Positions 57,392 through 64,000 of a stretch of DNA of 64,000 nucleotides are shown piece after piece. The number at the start of each line of letters is the position of its first letter. The first letter of the stretch is position 1. The DNA is taken from the NCBI GenBank assembly GCA_039818205.1, contig JBCBUK010000005.1, positions 1-64,000 on the forward strand, given 5' to 3'. Position numbers and translations under genes: made by a program. A model generated the notes under the pieces. The model saw nothing but the letters and a program-made list of their open reading frames with translations, searched no databases and was not told the origin of the DNA. This stretch comes from Verrucomicrobiota bacterium. Its GTDB lineage: Bacteria; Verrucomicrobiota; Verrucomicrobiia; Opitutales; Cerasicoccaceae.

Positions 57392-57886
57392 CTACTTGTT
57401 GCGAATCGAGAAAAGCGAACCCGCCAGCCAAACGTCGGTATTGCGCAGGCGCAGGCTAATCTCACGCGCCAGATTCATGACGACTTGCGAGAAGGTCATG
57501 ATATCGTCTTCGGTCGCGTAGCGAAGATCATCTCGCGATAAGGAAAGGCAAAATGTCTCGTCGAGCGCGCGAACAGTGGCCGATCGTGGCTGGCTATCAA
57601 CCAGCTCCATTTCACCAAAGGTTTCACCCTTCTGCAAAACCGCGATGCGCTCCGAAGTAATTTGCTCTTTATTGAAAACCTTCTTCTCAATGACCACCCT
57701 TCCGGAAGAGATCATATAGAGGCGGTTTCCTGATTCTCCCTCGCGGATGATGATCTGCCCCGGCTCGAATTCTTCCTTGTGGAGCACCTGTAAAAATCGC
57801 TCGAGCGCCGCTTCATTAATTTTGTGAAACAGCGCGTGTTTACGGAGCAAATCGGCTCCTCCTTCAAGAACTTTTGCGTCGGACAT
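57392..57886 (-). CDS. Stand-alone cyclic-nucleotide-binding domain protein
   Basis: IIREGESG..LY.I.SG.V, GETFGEMEL...PRSATV; ends after the C-helix with no HTH. Confidence 0.9.
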   Translation of the reverse strand: MSDAKVLEGGADLLRKHALFHKINEAALERFLQVLHKEEFEPGQIIIREGESGNRLYMISSGRVVIEKKVFNKEQITSERIAVLQKGETFGEMELVDSQPRSATVRALDETFCLSLSRDDLRYATEDDIMTFSQVVMNLAREISLRLRNTDVWLAGSLFSIRNK

Positions 57887-57933
57887 GGAAAGCGTAATTG
57901 CAGAAATTTATCATCGAGACAGCCAGTGCCTAG

Positions 57934-59343
57934 TCATACATCAAAATACATACTAAACTCATGTGGGTGAGGACGCAAGCGAATCGCGTCATGTTCCGCC
58001 TGTTTCAGTTCCAGGTAGTTTTTGATGAAATCATCGGTGAACACGTCGCCCTTGAGCAAAAATTCATGATCCTCACGGAGCGCATCGAGAGAGCCCTGCA
58101 AACTCCCAGGCACCCGGGCCACGTTGGCGGCTATCTCCGGTGGCAAATCGTAGAGATTCTTGTCCATTGCCTCACCTGGATCGATCTTGTTCTCGATGCC
58201 ATCCAAACCAGCCATGAGCAGCGCCGAGAATGCCAGATAAGGATTCGCCGCCGGATCCGGGCAGCGGAACTCGACCCGAATCGCCTTGGGATTGCTTGAA
58301 TAAGTCGGAATTCGGCAAATCGCGGATCGGTTTCGGGCGGAATAGGCCAACATGACGGGTGCTTCGAAGCCTGGTGCCAAGCGCTTGTAGGAATTTGTCG
58401 TCGGATTCGTCAAGGCGCACAACGCGGGCGCGTGCTTGAGCAGGCCACCAATGTAATACAAGGCAGTTTGCGACAAGTTGGCGTAGCTTTCGCCCGCCAT
58501 CAAGGGTTTGCCTCCCTTCCAGAGTGATTGGTGGGTGTGCATTCCCGAACCATTGTCACCATATAGTGGCTTCGGCATGAAGGTGGCTGTTTTCCCACGA
58601 CGGGCCGCCACATTCCGGACCACATACTTGTAGACGCACATATTGTCCGCCATTTGGAGCAAGGTATCGTATTTCAGGTCGATTTCGGCCTGACCGCCAG
58701 TGGCGACCTCATGATGCTGGGCCTCGACCACCAAGCCAAGCTCCTGCATCACGGCAACCATCTCATTGCGGATGTCCATTGTTCTGTCCGCTGGCGGACA
58801 AGGCAAATAGCCTTCCTTGGGCCGAATTTTGTAGGCTTGGTTCGGAAACTCCTCGCGACCGGTGTTCCAGGCTCCCTCGACGGAATCGACGTGGTAAAAC
58901 GCCTCGTTGGTTGCACCACCAAACCGGGCGTCATCAAAAATAAAAAACTCTGCCTCCGGGCCAAAAAACGCCTGATCAGCAAATCCGCTGGCGAGCAGAT
59001 ATTGTTCGGCCTTTTTGGCCACACCCCGCGGTGACCGCTCGTAGGGCTCCCGCGTGATGGGATCTTCGACATCGCAAAGCAGGCTCAAGGTCGGCAATTC
59101 GACAAACGGATCCATCCAGGCAGTTTCCGGATCCGGGATGACGAGCATGTCCGATGCTTCAATGCCTTTCCAACCACGAATGGACGATCCATCAAAGCCC
59201 AAACCCTCCGAAAACAGCTCCTCGTTCAGCTGCGAAACTGGGATGGAAAAATGCTGCCATGAACCATGAATGTCACAAAACTTCAGGTCGACCATTTTGA
59301 CGTCTTTGGCCTTGGCGAGAGCAAGAACTTCTTTCGGTGTCAT
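57934..59343 (-). CDS. glnA: Glutamine synthetase type I
   Basis: [53 protein letters not shown] adenylylation-site motif. Confidence 0.99.
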   Translation of the reverse strand: MTPKEVLALAKAKDVKMVDLKFCDIHGSWQHFSIPVSQLNEELFSEGLGFDGSSIRGWKGIEASDMLVIPDPETAWMDPFVELPTLSLLCDVEDPITREPYERSPRGVAKKAEQYLLASGFADQAFFGPEAEFFIFDDARFGGATNEAFYHVDSVEGAWNTGREEFPNQAYKIRPKEGYLPCPPADRTMDIRNEMVAVMQELGLVVEAQHHEVATGGQAEIDLKYDTLLQMADNMCVYKYVVRNVAARRGKTATFMPKPLYGDNGSGMHTHQSLWKGGKPLMAGESYANLSQTALYYIGGLLKHAPALCALTNPTTNSYKRLAPGFEAPVMLAYSARNRSAICRIPTYSSNPKAIRVEFRCPDPAANPYLAFSALLMAGLDGIENKIDPGEAMDKNLYDLPPEIAANVARVPGSLQGSLDALREDHEFLLKGDVFTDDFIKNYLELKQAEHDAIRLRPHPHEFSMYFDV

Positions 59344-59500
59344 GCGTGCAAAGGAAAAGGAATGTTTTTTAGGTTTGCGAGCATTTAGCGCGCTCGACTA
59401 GGGAGAGGATGCCTAAATTACGCTAGAGGTATCTTCGAGGGTGTCGGGTCTCCCGCCAAACCCATGCTCATCGGGTTAAACTCCGGGATCGATACCTCCC

Positions 59501-61540
59501 GTGGAACAAAGCACCCGAGTGATCGAAACACTCGTCCCAATCAAAATCCCAACCATGCCTCGACGCCCAAATAAAAAGAATAAAATCATCGTGTTCGGCG
59601 AACTAACGCTCGCGAACTGCTTGGACTGGTGCGTCGTTTTGACTCTGGCATTAACGATTTGCTTCACGATTTTCCAGGTCGGCGGTGCCCGCCCAGAGAC
59701 CATGGTGATCTCATCCTTTCTCATAGGCATTGCGCTGGTCTTACACACCCTTTCGCTGATTGCCGAAAAGCCGACTGAGCCATTTCGGCTCAGCATGCTG
59801 GGCTTCATCTTCCTGCCCTATTGGCTTTATCTGCTGGTTCAATGGCTTTTCCTGACCGACTACCCATGGAAGGGCCAGGAAGAATTGATGATCATGACTC
59901 AGGGCATCATCATTTTTTGGCTCGTGATGAATGGGTTTCGCACGCGGAACCATGTCTGGGTGATGATGCTTGCGCTACTCGGGATCTCCAGCCTGAGCGT
60001 ACTGATCGCGATCATGCAGTATTTTCACAGCCCTGAGTGGCTCCCGAAAATCATCGACCCGATTAACGGCGAATCCTACCCAGTTAAGTTATCCGAACAG
60101 TATCACGGCCGGGCTTCGGGAACTTTTGGAGCACCGACTTCCTATTCGGTACAGATGCTCATGATCGGCTTTGCCCTACTCGCAGCAGGGTTTTCCAAAC
60201 GCTTCTCCAGCATGGCGCGGGCGTTTCTCGTGTATATCGGCTTTATGATGCTCGCGGGTATCATCATGTCGATTACCCGTGGCGCCCTATTGCTCATGAT
60301 CGGCGGCTTGTTTTTGATCCCCATCGTCACGCGGGCCAAGCTAAAGACAGTGCTGATCGCCTGGATGTTGTCTATTATTGGCATCGGGATCACGGGATTT
60401 ACGATGCTTCAGATCAGCGACTCGTTTCGCGATCGGGTTGTGCGAGCCATCGATGAAGGTGGAGAAACCACCCGCCCCGCGATGTGGAACGCTGCCTGGC
60501 AGCAGTTTCTCGAAGCGCCCGTGCTCGGCAATGGACTGGGCGCCTACGAGTTCAAGTTTGAAGAACATCGGCCGGAGGGCTTTAACCGCAGTCCGAAACA
60601 CGCACACAATGACTACTTGGAGACCCTCGCGGACCAAGGGGTTGTTGGCTTCGCCCTTTTCTGGTTGCCCGTAATTTTCATTGCGATTCTTGCCGCCAAA
60701 GAGTGGTTCAACCAACCAGATTTGGTCCGGCTTAGCGGGCTCGATACCAAAGTGAAACGGAGTATGCGTATGCCGACTCCAAAGCTGCTGATAGGCTCCT
60801 TAGGCCTCGGAATGGCTCTGTTCTGCGCGCACCTGTTCCTCGAATTCCACCTGCGGGTACCCGGCCTCCTATTTTTATTCTTCCTCTTCCTTGCTGTTAT
60901 CGCCAAGTGCGTTCCGATGCCACGAGTCAGCCTTCCCCGAAATTTGGTGAGCATCTTAGGTGTATTGGCGTTGGGCTTCGGTTTGGCCGTCGCCCTGCCC
61001 CTATGGGAGGCACCACGTTTTGCCGCGTTGGTGCACATCCAGAACGGCCAAGCTCAACTGCAGAAATTCATCTCCAACCTCGATGAGTATAAACGGGATG
61101 AAGCCTACTATGAGACAATGATCGAGTCGCTCAAATTGGGGACTGAGCGGGCCCCAGGAAACGCGATAGCCTGGTCCAACTTGAGCAACGCAATTGCCCT
61201 GCAAAACATGCTGCGTCCAAGCCAAAACCGAGAGTTTGGGCAGGAATCTGAGGGCTACGCACGACGAGCTTTAGAACTATACCCTAGAGACGCAACTGCC
61301 TGGATCAACCTTGGGCATGCCCTATCACTCCAAGGCCGCATGATTGAGGCCCGCCAGGCTTACGAAAAAAGCGTGGAGCTGGCACCGAATCGAGCCGATG
61401 TCTGGCACCACTACGCGTCACACCTGAACCATTTGAAATCGACTCGCCCGGAAGCGCTCACGGCGATTGACCGGGCGCTAGAACTGGAACCCGGTCGAGG
61501 CGAGTCCCTCGAACTACGCCGCAAGATTCTTGTCCCTTAA
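59501..61540 (+). CDS. O-antigen ligase/Wzy_C-family membrane protein with C-terminal TPRs
   Basis: [34 protein letters not shown]-terminal TPRs; start may be ATG 59555. Confidence 0.88.
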   Translation: MEQSTRVIETLVPIKIPTMPRRPNKKNKIIVFGELTLANCLDWCVVLTLALTICFTIFQVGGARPETMVISSFLIGIALVLHTLSLIAEKPTEPFRLSMLGFIFLPYWLYLLVQWLFLTDYPWKGQEELMIMTQGIIIFWLVMNGFRTRNHVWVMMLALLGISSLSVLIAIMQYFHSPEWLPKIIDPINGESYPVKLSEQYHGRASGTFGAPTSYSVQMLMIGFALLAAGFSKRFSSMARAFLVYIGFMMLAGIIMSITRGALLLMIGGLFLIPIVTRAKLKTVLIAWMLSIIGIGITGFTMLQISDSFRDRVVRAIDEGGETTRPAMWNAAWQQFLEAPVLGNGLGAYEFKFEEHRPEGFNRSPKHAHNDYLETLADQGVVGFALFWLPVIFIAILAAKEWFNQPDLVRLSGLDTKVKRSMRMPTPKLLIGSLGLGMALFCAHLFLEFHLRVPGLLFLFFLFLAVIAKCVPMPRVSLPRNLVSILGVLALGFGLAVALPLWEAPRFAALVHIQNGQAQLQKFISNLDEYKRDEAYYETMIESLKLGTERAPGNAIAWSNLSNAIALQNMLRPSQNREFGQESEGYARRALELYPRDATAWINLGHALSLQGRMIEARQAYEKSVELAPNRADVWHHYASHLNHLKSTRPEALTAIDRALELEPGRGESLELRRKILVP

Positions 61541-61980
61541 TGGAGCCGACGGTCATCATCCGGCACCCGAAGGAGCGCCTGAGCAAATGTACGCTGGAGC
61601 CGTTGAGGGGGCGACCCGATCTCGTGTTCCATCGGGCTTCCGAAAGCTTCGAGTTCGATGCGACCGGCTACACGTTACTGGCGATGGACTCCCCGGAACT
61701 CTCACCAGAGGACGCTGGGCGACCACTTTTGCTGCTCGATGCAACCTGGCGCCTGCTACCCCAGGTCGTTGAATGCGTGATTGGCGAAAGCATTCCACGA
61801 ACCCTCCCCGCGAACATCAAAACCGCTTACCCCCGAATCAGTAAAATCGCAGAAGATCCGTTGGGTGGCTTAGCCTCGGTCGAGGCACTCTACCTCGCCC
61901 ATCGCATGCTTGGCCACGATGACCCGACACTCCTTGAGCACTACTATTGGCGCGAAGAATTTCTAAGCCAATTTCAGTAA
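61540..61980 (+). CDS. Tsr3/DTW-superfamily (aminocarboxypropyltransferase-like) protein
   Basis: [43 protein letters not shown]. Confidence 0.75.
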   Translation: MEPTVIIRHPKERLSKCTLEPLRGRPDLVFHRASESFEFDATGYTLLAMDSPELSPEDAGRPLLLLDATWRLLPQVVECVIGESIPRTLPANIKTAYPRISKIAEDPLGGLASVEALYLAHRMLGHDDPTLLEHYYWREEFLSQFQ

Positions 61981-62526
61981 TGGCTGCTGCTGGCGCGCCT
62001 CAAGCTCCAATAGCTGACGTTTAATGTCGAGCCCTCCCGCATAACCACCAAGACCGCCGCCTTTATTAATGACGCGGTGACAAGGCACAATAATTGCGAG
62101 CTGATTCTTCCCGTTAGCGCCGCCGACTGCCCGGATTGCTGCCGGATTTTCAATCGCCTCAGCAAGCTCGGCATAGGACCAGGTTTCGCCATAGGGAATT
62201 GTTTGGAGAGCACGCCATACGGTCTGCTGAAAATCGGTTCCGCCGAGAACAAGCGGGGTCGCGAATTCAGTCAGTTCCCCGCGAAAATACCGCGCCAGCT
62301 CGTCTTCAATCTGGTCAGTGATCGCGGTCCTGCCCGTAACGATCGTGAAGCGCTCGTGCATGCGATCCATCTCAGCCGAAAGCGCCCGGCGACCTTCGAA
62401 CTCCAAAAGATGCAACGCATGCTCGTCGGCCAGGGCAATCATGGCGCCGGATGGCGTTTCGATTCTAGCAGAAAAAAGCGTTGGGCAATCAACGGAAACT
62501 GGCGGCAATTCGAGCGATACTGACAT
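61963..62526 (-). CDS. ogt: Methylated-DNA--protein-cysteine methyltransferase
   Basis: [33 protein letters not shown]. Confidence 0.93.
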   Translation of the reverse strand: MSVSLELPPVSVDCPTLFSARIETPSGAMIALADEHALHLLEFEGRRALSAEMDRMHERFTIVTGRTAITDQIEDELARYFRGELTEFATPLVLGGTDFQQTVWRALQTIPYGETWSYAELAEAIENPAAIRAVGGANGKNQLAIIVPCHRVINKGGGLGGYAGGLDIKRQLLELEARQQQPLLKLA

Positions 62527-62574
62527 GAGCGAAGCGTAGCATCAATTTCGCCATCAATCAATCGGGCATTACAC

Positions 62575-63447
62575 TCAATTATTCGCGGTCTGAACCGTAC
62601 GGTGGCGCAGAACGATGATCACAATCCCCGCAATGATCATGAACAAAGAGTAGAATGCCCCCCGCGAAAGCCCCATGATCAAACTGGCATCTGGCTCCCG
62701 GAAGAATTCTCCGACGACACGCAATACCGCGTAGCCAATCAGAAATTCCCCCGTGAGCTGCCCGAGGGGTCGCTTACCGGGCTTACTTAGCCAGAATCGC
62801 AATTGCAAATAGATGGTCAAGAGAAGCCCTTCCAAAGCCGCCTGGTAAAGTTGTGATGGATGCACTGGCAGCGTCCAAAAATACTCAGCGTACCCCTGGT
62901 CATTGACGCGAACATCGAGGAAGTGCATTGCCCAGGAGACATCCGTCACCCGGCCATAGAGTTCCCCATTGATGAAATTGGCTAGCCGGCCCAGCAAGAC
63001 ACCGGGCGGACCAAGGGTTACGGTGATATCAGCGACCTGCCAGAACGAGGTTTTGGTCTTATAGGCGAACCAGATCATCCCAAGGAGGATTCCAACCATG
63101 CCGCCGTGACTCGCCATACCCCCTTCCCACAACTTGAACAGGACCAAGGGATTCTCCAGAACGGCATCCAATCGGTAGAGCAGATAATAGCCAACGCGCC
63201 CGCCAACGATCACGCCTACAACAATCGCGGTTAGCAGGTCGGCTTGTTGAGTGGCGTTGTACGGGGAACGCCCGCGCTTAAAATACAACTGCAACAGGAA
63301 CCAGGCGATCGCGAAGCCGGCCACATAAGCCAAACCATACCAACGAATTCCATCCAAGGGCCAGCCCTCGGGGAACTGGATCAGGAAGGGATCCCAATCA
63401 TGAATGCGATAAGGAGTATCCGGTGGCGGTGGAATCTGGGCGATCAC
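62575..63447 (-). CDS. lgt: Prolipoprotein diacylglyceryl transferase
   Basis: IRWYGLAY, GGRVGY, WEGGMASHGG, GRLANFINGELYGR, HPSQLY; GTG 63447 chosen to avoid overlap with the upstream gene. Confidence 0.95.
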   Translation of the reverse strand: MIAQIPPPPDTPYRIHDWDPFLIQFPEGWPLDGIRWYGLAYVAGFAIAWFLLQLYFKRGRSPYNATQQADLLTAIVVGVIVGGRVGYYLLYRLDAVLENPLVLFKLWEGGMASHGGMVGILLGMIWFAYKTKTSFWQVADITVTLGPPGVLLGRLANFINGELYGRVTDVSWAMHFLDVRVNDQGYAEYFWTLPVHPSQLYQAALEGLLLTIYLQLRFWLSKPGKRPLGQLTGEFLIGYAVLRVVGEFFREPDASLIMGLSRGAFYSLFMIIAGIVIIVLRHRTVQTANN

Positions 63448-63493
63448 GGCGCAATGGATGTCAACCGAGGTCAGGAGGTCAATGCGTAACCGA

Positions 63494-64000
63494 TCAGGCC
63501 TCGATCTTATCGATCTCGGTGAGCCAGGATTCGCGCTTGGGCTCGTCAACGAGGGCTATCTCCAGTCCATTGCGAGCCAGTTGCTTCAGCTCAGAACGTG
63601 AGAATCCCCGATGTTTCGCCAATACCTCGTAGTCATCAATTAAGTCGTTACCAAAGCAAATCGGGTCATCGGTATTGACGGTAACTTTGACCCCCTGGTC
63701 AAACAGTTCGCGGATCGGGTGATTGTCCAACGAGACACCGGGCATGAGCTTGGCATTGCTGATTGGGCACATGTCCAGAGCAACCTGCTCTTGCTTTAGC
63801 AGCTCCACGACACTGGGGTCATCGATCGACCGTGTTCCATGTTCGATTCGTTGGGCGCCGGTTTCTTGAATAATTCGGCGCACAAAATCTGCTCCCATGA
63901 ACTCGCCGGCATGGGCTTTCGTGTATTTGCCCGCCGCCCGCGCTGCGGCCCAGATCTCGGCCGTCCAAGGCTCCAGCGGCAGGTCTTCCGGGCCGTGTAA
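63494..64000 (-). CDS. add: Adenosine deaminase family protein (5' part outside the window)
   Basis: Frame open to the window edge: LHGPE..KAHAGEF..RIEHG..CPISN..HPI..VNTDDP. Confidence 0.9.
   Translation of the reverse strand, partial: LHGPEDLPLEPWTAEIWAAARAAGKYTKAHAGEFMGADFVRRIIQETGAQRIEHGTRSIDDPSVVELLKQEQVALDMCPISNAKLMPGVSLDNHPIRELFDQGVKVTVNTDDPICFGNDLIDDYEVLAKHRGFSRSELKQLARNGLEIALVDEPKRESWLTEIDKIEA

Noticed and set aside
59344..59500. Sigma54 promoter or known glutamine riboswitch for glnA
   Set aside because: No TGGCAC-N5-TTGC match and no match to the glnA-motif consensus as I recall it.
63448..63549. N-terminal extension of Lgt in the ORF track
   Set aside because: It overlaps the adenosine deaminase 3' end and is not Lgt-like; a downstream GTG fits better.
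2325..64000. Genomic island downstream of the tRNA with a 3'-end direct repeat
   Set aside because: No second copy of the tRNA 3' end noticed by eye (not exhaustively searched), and downstream genes are largely housekeeping.
1..64000. CRISPR array, cas genes, rRNA, prophage structural genes
   Set aside because: No regularly spaced repeat-spacer pattern or recognisable genes of these kinds were seen.

Overview
Bacterial chromosome segment, most likely Verrucomicrobiota (Opitutales-like). This is inferred from the DUF6288-type giant surface protein with a verrucomicrobial-style C-terminal module, lpxI, an N-terminally extended Rho and a PVC-type Tsr3-like gene. Most of the window is housekeeping and envelope genes: a TolC/MacAB-type exporter, ribE, RluA, Maf, a two-component system with a vWA protein, leuS, lpxI, an Opp-type importer, comM, a THUMP methyltransferase, coaE, rho, transporters, glnA, ogt, lgt and add. 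Two accessory spots stand out. (1) A ~1.8 kb module (435-2236) sits directly 5' of tRNA-Lys(TTT). It encodes a tyrosine recombinase with an apparent extra helix-turn-helix inserted just before the catalytic arginine, plus one small ORF. It is bounded by inverted 10-bp sites (AGTGACTTAC / GTAAGTCACT) with non-identical flanks. This is the best candidate for an undescribed minimal mobile element. (2) A 2767-aa mosaic surface protein is followed by a decayed, internally deleted IS5-family element that the ORF track does not show. No CRISPR array or rRNA was seen. All family assignments come from reading motifs by eye, not from database searches.
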